From: Raillietiella orientalis
Taxonomy: Eukaryota
DNA: 64,000 nucleotides
Direction: 5' to 3'
Assembly (NCBI GenBank): GCA_036172245.1
Contig: JAYWIR010000002.1
Span: 4,340,001 to 4,404,000, forward strand
A model generated the notes under the pieces. It did not search any database and was not told the origin of the DNA. It saw only the letters and a program-made list of their open reading frames with translations. The translations under genes and the position numbers were made by a program. Of this stretch, positions 13,301 through 25,300 are shown piece by piece (position 1 is the first letter of the stretch; every line of letters starts with the position of its first letter).

Positions 13301-16300
13301 ACATACACCTGTACACACATACATCTCTTTATATATAGACACTGCACACACACATACACACTAAGCACGCACGCACACACATATGCGCATACTCACACTA
13401 TACATATGTGTGTACACACGGAATCTGGAATTGGCTTTCACGTATAAAACGAAATGCAGCCGTGTCGACCGTCCTTCAGCGCGCGCACGAACGCAACTCT
13501 GGTTGTGGCGCGTGACGTCGGGAAAGCTCCCTGTGCGCGCTGGGACCCCGGGACGCAGACACCGATCTACTTTTCGGAGCGGGTTCCAGGAAGAGAGCGC
13601 GCACTCAAGGACTCCGGGAGGAACCTTGGGCGGATCACACTCGGCTAATCCCCTCTCTCCCCTTCCCCTTCCCCCCCTCCCCGGACTGCGCCGCTCCCCC
13701 GGTGCGGCGGACGCGCCGGTGACCCAATGACCCAATCCCTTTGTTTCCAGTGATCCGTCCAGATAGGAAAGGGCCCGTTCGCCCCTTCAGGAAATCGCGA
13801 CGGCACTCTGCGGTTTTTCGGGAAACCACAGAGGAATCGGCCAGGAGACCAACCCGGGATCAGCAGCGCGCGAAGCAAATTGAGCTGGATTGCGCGGTGG
13901 GGTAGCGGCATCAAAGGCGGGGGACAAGGAAGGTTTCCCGGAAGTGCCGGACGGAATGCGTCGGGGCCCCCGCGAGCACCCAGGATCGCCTTCAGGCGTC
14001 GACCGGGGGCGGTTGCGGCGTAGGGAGCGCGTGGGCAGCGACAGCCCAGCTGAAGCCGTCCTCTCCCCCCTCCTTCCCTTCCCCGCAAGCAGACCGCCAA
14101 GGGAAGACTCCAATGGAACGTTCCCCAGAACGCTGGCTCCGGGATGATCGAGTCCCCACGCTGGTCGGCGAGGACCCCCTCCGCCTAGCTCCCTCTCCCC
14201 TTCCCTCTGGCACCATGGTCGCCACAGCAATTTTCTGCGTGAGCGACCGCGCCCAAGCAGGGGTCGCCGCCATCATGAAGGGGCGCAACCCAGTGGGAGC
14301 GGAATGGCAGGGCACGTGGAGGCGTTGGGAGGACAGAACTGGAACCCAGGCACCAGCAGGAACCGAAAGAGTAGCGCGTGGAGGAGGCGCTGACGCGGAG
14401 ACGAAGGAAGAAGGCTGCGCGCGGCATCTTCCTGAATAATAAGGGGAGGAGGAAGAGGCTGCGGAAGATCAGTTTCCGATGGAGCCAGGGCGGCGGGAAC
14501 GGTGCAGGGGCGCGAAGACGGAGCGGATTGGATCTCTTCCAGAGCTCCCCTCTAGACAGTCGCGACCTCCGACCCCTTCGCTTCGCTTCCGGTCCCGCAG
14601 AGCGTTCGTGAAGCTCGCGAGAGGCGTCGTCGCTTCCGCCGGGGGGTGGGGGTTTTATCTGCTTCGACGAGAGGGGGACGGCTAGAACCGACCGCCAGTC
14701 GCCGGCTCAGGAAGATTCTGGTGACCTCGCCTCGGTCTCGACTGTGCGATACGACCCTCTTCTCCCCCTCTGTTCAATTCCCCGCTCGCGGCACCGGTCG
14801 ACGCCGCGCCCCATGTAGATGGGGGACGGGCGATGACCCTTTCTGGTCACCGGCTTCCTGCAATGCCGGGCCCTTGCGCCCGTTCCATCCGCCTCCTATT
14901 TCACTTACGAGCTCTCTGCAGCCTGCTCGCCGGAGACCTGGTTGATCCGCAGCTTGTATTCCCGTCGGCGTCCCCGGCTGCGTCACGACTGCACCGCCTC
15001 GAGGGATCGCCGCCTAGTCGACGCCAGACCCGCCGCTGCGGTCGAAAATTCCGATTTCGATCTCCCCCTCCCCCGTCTTCCTATGACGGGTCCTGCCGAA
15101 CCCGCGCGAGCGCGCCCGCTCACGTCCTGACGGGAGTGGCGTGTGGCTTCCCAAACCCGCGCGCTCCCTGGCATCGCGGTTCCCCGAGATCCCCTCGCAG
15201 CCTCCACCTTTCCTGCAACAGGCGCCTCCCCTTTGGAAGATCCCCTTCCTCTCCTCCGTTCTCTTCCTGCCACTCGTCGGGAGAGTTTCACGTCTTGCCG
15301 CACGCCGTTCGTACGGGGTCCACCCTGAGTGGAAATGCAAAATGGTCAGGAGAGGACCTTCCTTCCTTCTTTTCCCGCGCCTCTTCGATTCGATCTCGAG
15401 CAACATCAAGGTGGACCAATGGAATGCCCCCGAAATGGAGTTTTCTTTTTTCTCCAGCCTTCGGTGAGCTGCTGCAAGCTGGTGGGCCACTAGCGGACCG
15501 AGGCGCCGCCACGGTAGCCTGTCCCAGCCGAGAAACGTCATACCGCCTCCACCTAGGAAGTCCACGACTTTCCAGCTACCCTCGCCTTAATCTGCTATCC
15601 ACCAGCCTAGCCGATGCTGCAAGAGGTGGCCCGACGCGTGACCTGCTCCGGACCGTTCCGTCCTGGAGTCGCGAACTCTGCAGCGTTCTCGCTCCTCTTT
15701 CCGAAATGTTCCAGCTTGCGGGAATTCCGGCTCGAACAAGGACCGCGGATGCCACTGCTCTTCCTCCCGAGGAACCTCGCGCCAAGGCCGAGGGCTTCTT
15801 TTCCTCTCCTCGCTTCTTGCCCCGGCAAGGCGAATCTCCCGTCGAGAGCAGCAGTCGACGTGAAAGGACCGTTTTCGAAAAATGTGGCACTGACCTCTTG
15901 GCCACCCCGCCGCGAGGTCGCTTGAACACGTGTGATTAACCACATTCAGGAAGCATTTCATAGGGGTGGGCCTTGGAGTTGCTTCTCCGCCATTTTCCAA
16001 ATTCCTTGGCCCGGTGGTGGCCGTGTTTGCGATGCCTTCGAGCTGTGACCCGCTGACCAAGTTGCAGGCAGTCATGCAGTCCGGCGTGCGTTTCGAACCC
16101 GCTTCCTTGCTTCGAGGACGCGGCAGGGACTGTTGAATGAGTATAAAATACGGATGGCACCCTGACCACCGAGCTCTTTCTCGGAAAGCCGTAGAGTGGT
16201 CCTTCGTAAATTTGACCCCACACACTTGAAAGGCACTGCTGCTTTTCGATTAATTTCGACTTCGCTCGTCCTCTGCAGCTCTTCAGCAGGATATCCCGTC

Positions 16301-19300
16301 GGCACACTTCCCACAGCTCTTCGTACATTTTCGGAAACCTCCCCATTCGCCAGTAGCGGTTTTGTCTTGCGCATTTCGTATGCTCCACTTTCCTGCTTCC
16401 GTAGGATGCCTTTTGCTTTGTCCCGAATGTTCAGATGAAGCGCTCCCGTGAGGACAACCATCGCGGTCGATTTGGGTCTCGGTTTTTGCGAGCGCAGCCG
16501 ACGTCCTTTGCGCAAATGGTTTTAGCGGTTGTCATTTTCTTTTTGCTTTTTTTTCTTTTCTCCTGTGGAACCGATCCAATAAAGACGTGTCCAGGAAATA
16601 CGATGATGGCGACACAGTAAAGGACAACAGTTTCGAGCAACTGCTTTGGAGATGACGGATCATCCCCTCCTTTCTAAGACGCGGATTCGGAGATGTGCCA
16701 ATGCCGCCGAAGCTTTCGTCTCGCCCAGCCCGTGCCTCGGCAATGCACCTCCTGCTTGATTCCCACGTGCTCCTGAAACCCTGGCGGAGGCTTCACGCAC
16801 TCGTGCCTATCCTTAACTAATCGTTTTTTTTTTTTTTTTTTTCGTTTGTTTTTGTTTTCGTCTTTTCTTGTTTCGAAGCCATCAAGAACGCGAGACGAGG
16901 AACAGATCTGCCTCTGGTCGAGAGAGCGTCTGCCGTCCGCCCGTCCAACTCTGGAGTATCTGCCTCTCTGTTTTGAGAAGAATGGAACGTCCGTCGGGCC
17001 GTCTGCTGGTGTGCAGAGGGTTTCCTTCTCGCGGGACCCGAAACGCGAATCCACCTGGTGCTCCAAAAGGGAATGCAAGCTGCTGCGACCTTTCGAGGAA
17101 GCGGAAAAGATGCTCCTTGCTAAGCGAGCAGTCGCTTCCTCTCTCGAGTGGCACTACCAGGTTCGCCGGGCGTCCGATCGAAAGAGTGGGCAAAGCCTTG
17201 GGGAAAAGCAAAGAGTACACTCACCCTGGAGGAAATCGAATTTTGCTTGCTAGAGATGTCCTTCGCTTCTAAAATACTCAGATGCATCACACTAGAAAGC
17301 ATTTCGTAACAAAACGTAACTTTCAGAAACCCACACACAGGAAGTTCTTCCGGGCAGAATGCCGACGTGAGTTTCTGTTGATTGTCTTCAGTTTCCTGGG
17401 AACACAGTTGAGTGTGGACGTTGCACAGCTTTTTTTTCTTTCTACTCACAGAGACGGTGAACCAGAGGTCGTTGAATCTGTCATTCGGCAACAGGAGATC
17501 GTGTTCTTTGAGTGACGATGGATTGGGATTTTCAAAATGTGGATCTCTGTGGCTAATGATGCGGTGAAAGTAGTCATTGTCCGTGGAGAAGGAACTGTCA
17601 GACAGAGAGTAGCTGTTTTTCCTGTGAACGAAATCTTTCTCTTCCGGGAAGCTGCTCTCGAAATCTACCTCATCCTCGTTGAAAACTGAAACAGAAAGCA
17701 GTCGTGAAGCCGTGTGTTCTTTGTGATGCGGAAGGCCTGGCCGGATCGTGCACGTCACAGCAGAGAGCTTTCGGGAGGATGTCATAAGGAATCTGCGAAA
17801 ACGAGACGAGTGGGCACATTTTTCTGTGCGCTGCGTAGCCAGGGAAACGCGTGCGGTAAACAGTCTCGACCGAGACGAGATCGATTCGGAGACAGCCAAA
17901 AGGCTCACACGGGCAGCTGCTTGGCTACCAAAGGTGGGAGCGAATAGTTACAGGAAATGCATTGCTCTCCCAACTACGTTCTGCGAGATGTGATTCGTTC
18001 ACAAGATTCACCAGGGTACTGTACGAAGGCAGTGGGTCAGGGAGTCACGTGTTGGGGTCACGCGAAACTTGATCTTAACAAACGTGAGCAAGAAACCGAT
18101 AGGGAAGGAGCAAAGTCAAGTTCATGGGTGCATAAATCTATTACTCGCCCATCAATAGTAGATCTGACATTATTGCGAGCTGGTCATCTTCATCTAGGCT
18201 AAGGCTTAACAGCAAACGAGATTCCTCGATGGAGCGACCAAAGTCCGACGGTCTCGTGACGATTAGAGGACACCGCTCCGAGATGCAAGCAAAGAAAGGA
18301 GGTTTGTCAGGAGGGAAAGAAACGCCGCTGACCAGATGCAACAAATTAATTGCTGGGAAGCAAAGTCCAGTTTGGGAAACCACGAAATTTGGAAGACAAA
18401 ATGGATGTCCTTGATGTGCCCCGAACAGAGATAAGCAAGTCAGACCTCCCCCCCCACGACAGCTAGCAAAAGATGGATCTCGAGAAAGGAGCAGCTTGAT
18501 GCTGGCATGTTAAATACGAACAGGCACCAAGAAGATCCCAAAAGGAAACCTTTCATGCCAAAAATAGTGATTAAATAGTAACTCTCACGGTAGCTTTCGG
18601 ATAATTCTCAGAGTCGATAATAATCCACATAATAATTCGCACAAGAATCCGGAAGATATAGATAGCAAGATGGTATACGTTCCAACCTTTGAGGATCCAA
18701 AAATAGGGAACTTTCAAAACGTAGCAACGTTAAATGGATGTATATTAAAAAAATGCAACTTTGTTTTCAACTTGGTTCTTAAAATAGGCAACACTTGATG
18801 GAATTTGGTCTTCCTAAGCGATCAAAGCCCTCACACATGGTATTTGCATCCACATGAACTTCGAGTTCCGAACTCCGTTTACAAGAAATCTTGGGAAAAC
18901 TGTGGCAAAGAAGGCAATTTTGCAAAAACAGTAAATAATAACAGCTATCGTCTGCTTAATCTGCAAAGGCATCAAAGTTATACACAGTGGTATGCCTCCA
19001 TCCTTCCAAGAGGATCGAGGCATACCACTGCCTAACTCGGGATCCTCTTGCCGTCACAAACCTCCCCGACACACAGGACACCAGAACGAGGATCTCATAA
19101 GTTCGGATCACGGGTGGTGAGTTTTGCAGACGTCCTCTGAGGCAGGCAAAAAGATCCCCAAACACCGGTGGTGACAAACACGCCTTCATTCCCGTGGTCT
19201 GGAAGCGACAGCTTCAACACCAAAAGCAAAAGTGTTTGGAAACACCCAGAGCAAAATTCACCGTGACTTTTGCAGCCGTGTTCGAAACGCATCCCTTGGA

Positions 19301-22300
19301 CAGTGTGCGTCAGGAAGGGTCGCTGAAAATTTTCGCGACGCGGACGAGTTTCGGGAATGACCCCATTTTAAAATTTGAAACGAGTGGGTTTGCTGTTTAC
19401 ATGAGCTGAAGGTAAGAAATAAATTGCTCGTAATGTACGATTTGTCGCTTGAACTACATGAACAAACAGGCATGGGTTCAACAAAGGTTTCAGGATTGTA
19501 CACGTACTTTGATACATCGGACTGAATAAGTGCATGTGTCTGCCCTATCAGGAGAAGTTTACATATTAATGAAGCTCTCCTGCCACGCTGAAAACTTACC
19601 TTGTTAGAAATCTTAGGCCGTTTGAACTAGAATGTTCTCTAGAAAATGTATATCCATCTACACTGAAATTTCTTTTCCGACGTCATACCATATATGCATC
19701 TGCAACATACACTCCGATTATGAACGAAACAAATATGAAGGAAGTAATCAGAAAGAAGAAGAAAAAGATAGGGGGGGGGGGATCTTTATCAGATTCAAAG
19801 CTTGGTGTCATCCTCACTTTTTGCCAAAAAGGTAAGGACCGCTCGAGAAAACGTAATTTGCCTTTTATTTTGGAAATGCTCTTTTCTCTATGGATGCTCG
19901 CGGTCTTCTGCCGTGTGCGGAAACTGTTTCCAGAATTGCTGCCTGGATCCGCTTGCCAGGGCAAGGCAAGGCTCTTCGTGTTTCACGGACTGTCTTGGAT
20001 GCTCATGCATAACTTACAGCACTTCCACTCGAACGTTATTCAGGAGGCAACTCCATAATTTACGGCCACTCTCCAGCAATGCAGCTCGTTTCCGTGTTTC
20101 AGGAGGGGGGGGGAGAGAACCTGTGAGGATCATTCCGAAGTGCTATAAGTCATGTACGCTTGATCACGTCAGCAGTAAGGAAGTGGCAAGGGGCGCTGAA
20201 GGACTCCGGACGTCGCAAAGGCGCTGCGGAGTCCGCGCAGAAGGGGACTTCGTGCAGCCCGTTCGCGTTTGCCATCGAGAACGCATTCGTGAAAGCAGGC
20301 GGTGGCGGCAGCAGAGATGCTGGGAAGGCTCAAGACGGGCCTAGAGGGAGGGGGGGGGGGGAACGAAGCGGTCGGAAGCTTTTCCAGACACAATAAGAGT
20401 GGGTGGGAAAGGGTTTTTGAATAGAAGGGCAGCAGCAAGGAGACTTCGACCGTTTGCAGTCACGGCTGTTTCTCGAGGTCACAGTGGCCAATGCCACTGC
20501 CCCCGTGGAAAGACGTCGCCAGTTAACGAGCGGGGATCATGCAGCCGTGATGGCCGCGGAAAGTCGGATGATTGGAAGACGGTGGGAAGAGGAAACTTTG
20601 AGAAAAGCAAAAGAGGAGGACCAAACAAAGGCGCCTGGGAGGCAGGGATGAAGAAGGATGCGTGATCTCTGTTCTGTCGCCAGAATTCGCATCTGGTTCG
20701 GAAGGAACAGAATCTTCGGTAAACGTCACAGGATGTGCAAAGCACGATTCATCGTTCTGTCGTTACTAAGACGAGGCTTCTTCGTCAGGTCCTTATTGTT
20801 TGCTGACTGGAGTCACGTCATAATGACCAGGGATGTTCGACGTGCCTTTGGTGAACAAGCATTCTAGAACAGAAATCATTACCGGACACCTGGACCAAGA
20901 AGCTCTCGTCTTTTTTTCAATTCCAGTCAACGGATCATTCGCGTGGAAGACACGAAACCGAGGAAAGTGCGTGGCTGGAGGCTACGCGGCGCGTACGAAA
21001 GCTGGTTGGTTGTAAAGCTGGGATGACAGATATCTGAGTTTTGGTCGGAAGCACCTCTGGTCATGGGAGTAGGTGACTTCTTATCTATATCCGCTCCACG
21101 GAATGAATTCGTGATCACCTCCAAGATCCATGGTGACTCATCACCTGATAGATCGGAGAAGACATCGACTCATGATTGATTTCCTAGACCTATCAGTCAG
21201 TATGGCTCGATGAATGTACATGGAAGGTTTGAAGAATTCAGGAGTCTGGAAGATGAACTCCCTCTTTAGGCATTAAATACTCCCTGGGAATGGACTAACT
21301 ATCTGGAAGAAGAAGAAGAAAAAAATTGCGCTTCGTGAAACTTCATGGGAGCTGAAGGATAGGGAGTGAATCATTCCTTCATTTTTCTTTTTCCTTCTTT
21401 TCACCTGGAGATTCCTGGTAAGTTCCATGAAGGCCATAATCGGGTGAGACTGAAGTCGAAAGTTTCCGAAAGAAGAGATAAAGGCTGTCGCGTTCCGGTC
21501 GCTTGCGCTCAAAACAGCGCTCCAGACGGTTCCCAAGCACAGAGTACTGGAAATGGCTACGGGACGCGTCAATTCCTATTCCTCATTTTTCTTTTTTTTT
21601 TTTCACCAGTGGCCTTTCTGGTACCAGATGCTTCGCCGGATGCATTCATAATAACGCCGTCGGAAATTCAGATCTCCAGGAACGAAGGTTAACGGAAAGT
21701 AATGGTCCGTGATCGAGGGAGTGGATGACAGCAGCATATGAATGCGTAGTTTACAAATAAAATCCAATGCAACGAAATGTTTCGAACGCCTGGAATGTGT
21801 TGCCGTTTCTGTTTCGTTAAGCAGAAGATAAAAAATAAAAATAAAACGGTGGAATGCGATGCTGAAGAACGTGAAATGACCTCTCTGTAAAGAGAGGCGA
21901 AACGAAAGAACGAACGGTATCTCTGTAAAGGGAGATACCGCCAACCGCAGCTCGACCACGCCGCGTCCACCTTCGCGTCTGCGGAAAAAGTTCGCCCTCC
22001 ATCAAGCCGGCACTTTCCTTCACGAATGCGTTCTACTGAATCCTCAAGAACTTACGAAGACTTAAGTACGCTGGCCAAAGTCACCGAGGATAACATCGAA
22101 AACAACACGGTGACCTCTCGGCAACATGGAGCAAGGAAACCGTTTCCTGGATTTCCAGCTTCACTGTGCTTCCGTTTTTCGTCCACGGATGTTCTCAAAC
22201 GGGATGACTGTTTGACCTGCCGGCATGGGGTTCCAGGACGTCCTCCGGATCTCGTTTGTAGCTGTGGTTCCTCCCACGAGCGTTGGAACACGTTGGATTC

Positions 22301-25300
22301 GGCCCCGCCGGAACACAGTGGTTCGATGCACACGGGGGAACCACTGCCATCGTGGGTCAAAACGCCGCAGTTGCTTGCAACCACCGTGGCTTCCCGATGC
22401 TATGCTTTTTGTCCTCCGTCGCTGTCGATCCCCGCTGATCTGTCTTCGGCTCCGCCAGTGTGTCTCACTCCCGGTCGACCTTGGTTACCGTTCCTCCGTG
22501 CATCGGCACTTCAGGTCCACTGAACAGCAGTTTCCATTTCGGTTCTGCTCTCAAGGGCAAAGTCCACCGTGTTTCGGTGTTGCATGCGGGTCATCGATTT
22601 TTCCACTGCGTGTTTCGCACGCCTGGATCCTCTGCGTTGAGAACACCTGCAGCATGTTTCCGATGCAGCACACGTTCCACTGTGCGGTCCACAGATGCGG
22701 AAAGAAAAGGCCTGCGCCATTCGCACTGGGTCGGGTTTTCCCGATAATGTACGCCGGGCACTGACCAAAGTCCATGGAAGCGTCATGGTAACAAGTCGTG
22801 GTAATATCGATCGAGATGGTAGAGTTCGCTTGGAGACATCGGAGACGCATAAGCGGATTCGGGATCAGCAAATGTGGAAGCGTGAAGATGTAGACGAAAA
22901 GATTGGAACCATCGAAGCGTTCAAGCGTTCCAAAACTATTCGATCACCTCGGTGATGGCGGTCTCGCGCGTGCGCGCTGGACGCATCCGTTTCCCGCCGT
23001 AAGCAGGAGGGAGGGAGCAGAGCAGAACCGGGCACGTTGGAGGGCTTCCAATCGGATCACGTGAAACCTCTCCTCCCCCCCACGACACCGCCTGCACCAG
23101 GGGACCGCGAAACCAGCGGGAGCGGCTTCCCGATGCCCTCCAGGTGGGGATTTTTTACATGCTGAAGGTGCCGCAGCTCGCTGAGACCGTCCGGACGGAA
23201 TCCCGAGAGAGGGACGTTTGGGAGCAGCTGCAAACGAAAAACCAGTGCCGAAGTGGTCTCCTGACCACCCTCGTGCGAGGGGGGAAAGAATAGTCTGCGG
23301 ATGCGTTGCGTCGTGACGTGGCAACAGCTGTCTTCCGATGGAACCTTGCATGTTGCCCACATCTTTCCTAAAGGGGGGAGGAAGGGGGGTAGGGGGGTAA
23401 ACACTCGAAGGATCGGAGCTCATTCACAAAATAAATAAACAGTGGAACGGATCGTGTATGATTTCACGTACATGATCTCGTTTGACACGCTACTGTGACC
23501 TTCTCGGCTGTCGATCGATCACGTTGTGCTCGCGATGGAACACCTGCTCGCGCCACTCGGCTGTTTGTAATCCCATTGGCGTAACCCCCAAGGGTGGGAA
23601 GGATGTTGTACGCACCCTTGAGGTCACCTCCATGTTCGACTGCCCTCCCGACCGTTTTTTGTTCTCCTCACTCTTGATCCCAATTTTTTTCCCCTTCCAT
23701 CAGCCACCTTTCAAACGCTTCCGCGTCCTTGGCCTTCCTTCCTGCTGCGGCATGCCGCCAGAAGGAAGGAAGCGGCGTAAAGGCGACACCTGGTGGCCGT
23801 TGCTTCTGGCGATCTTCTTCGTCCTTCGACCGTCGATGCCCCTAGGCCCCCGTTGGCACCCCTGTTGCTGCTTCCTCGCGTGCGCGTTTCAGCGAAGCGG
23901 TTTCCTCCCCATCATCGAGAGAAGGGTCTAGGAGACTTCCTTCGTAGTTTTCACCCCAAGCTTTCCCCCCTGCTGAGAGAATGATCCGGGCAGCAGCCGC
24001 AGCTGGACAGTGGCAACTCGCTCCCGGACGCAGAAATCTAGCCGTGCGGGAGAATCTGCTTCGCGTTTCGCTCTTTCCACGAGTGCGCGCACCACCTTCC
24101 GTCCTCGGAGGCGCGCCGCCGCTGCCTCTTATCCACGCCCGTCCGTTGGCCAGAAGGAAGGAAGGAAGGACGACATCCGGAAGGGCTCACAGAGTCCCCG
24201 TGGCTGGAGCTCAGCTTCCCGCCCCCCTCTGCTGCGCAAGGGAGGGAAGGGGCTGCCGATATCTCCGCCTTCGTGTTTGCCCGCGGCGATCACCTTTGAC
24301 CGCCCTATGCAAACAGCCAATGAAACGCTTCAGCGAAAGCGAATCGCCGGGGTTTTTTAGCAGTCATGGCAACCGATTTCTCCCGCATTTCATTCGTCCG
24401 GGTAGCTCGTCTTCGCCCTCCTGTAGGGCCTGCGGTTCACGGAGTCTGGTCAGGTACGCCGTGACCCACCTTGAAGATCACACCGTCGTCCGGGCAGTTT
24501 CCGGGTCCAACGCCTCCATGAAACGAGGGATTGCTAAACGGGGAGCCTCTTCTTTCGCTCGAGCACGGAAGGGAGGAAGGGTTGTAGGTCACGAGGTCCT
24601 GGCTCTCCCCTTCCCCGGAAAGCTCTCTGCCTTTCCTTCTCTCCCTCCGCGTCTTGCCGGAGCGGCGGTCCCTGCGCAACCTCTGGAGGAAAACGGGAAC
24701 CAACCCCAATTCCGCCTCCCTCTCCCAGGAACCCACCACTGCGAAGACCTCCGCTTCGCTCGCCTCTCTCCAGCCGGATGATGGAGGGAAACTGAAGAGA
24801 CTCTGCCACATTGCCGACGAGCACCCCGCGGCGGCGGCTACAGCAGAGGCGACCACCGCGGTTTTCCTCCGCACCGACGGAGGGTCTTCTTCAGGGGTTC
24901 AGGGCAGTGGCGAGCGGGTCACACGCGATAGAGGATGGGAGTCGCTCACTCGCTTCCCTCCCCTCCCCTCTCCCTCCCGCGAGGGCTCGCGCGCACAGAT
25001 CCAGCAATCCCTCTCACGGGAAAGCGAACAATGCGGAGCATACAGTATCGAGGGGGGGAAGGGAGGGAGGACCACGGCCTGCTCCCGGCACCACCCTCAA
25101 TGGGCGGAGCCGATCGCCTGTGCAGATGGTATCGAACACGGGAAGAAGAGAGCCTCCAGGTCGCATCCCCATCCGGTGGTCCAGCGACCAATCCGCGATC
25201 GCGGAGAGGGCGCAGCGAGCGCGGCCGGTCCGAGAGGGCTGCCTCCCGCCTTCGCGAGGGCACGCCAGCGTCATCAGGAAGACGCGAGTTGGGAGAGGCG

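Noticed and set aside
14833-15939. 368-aa ORF, and similar long ORFs at 5164-6171, 23981-24781 and 24654-25568
   Set aside because: R/S/P/G-rich translations of GC-rich DNA, with overlapping ORFs in other frames and no recognisable domain; one partly shadows a real exon on the opposite strand.
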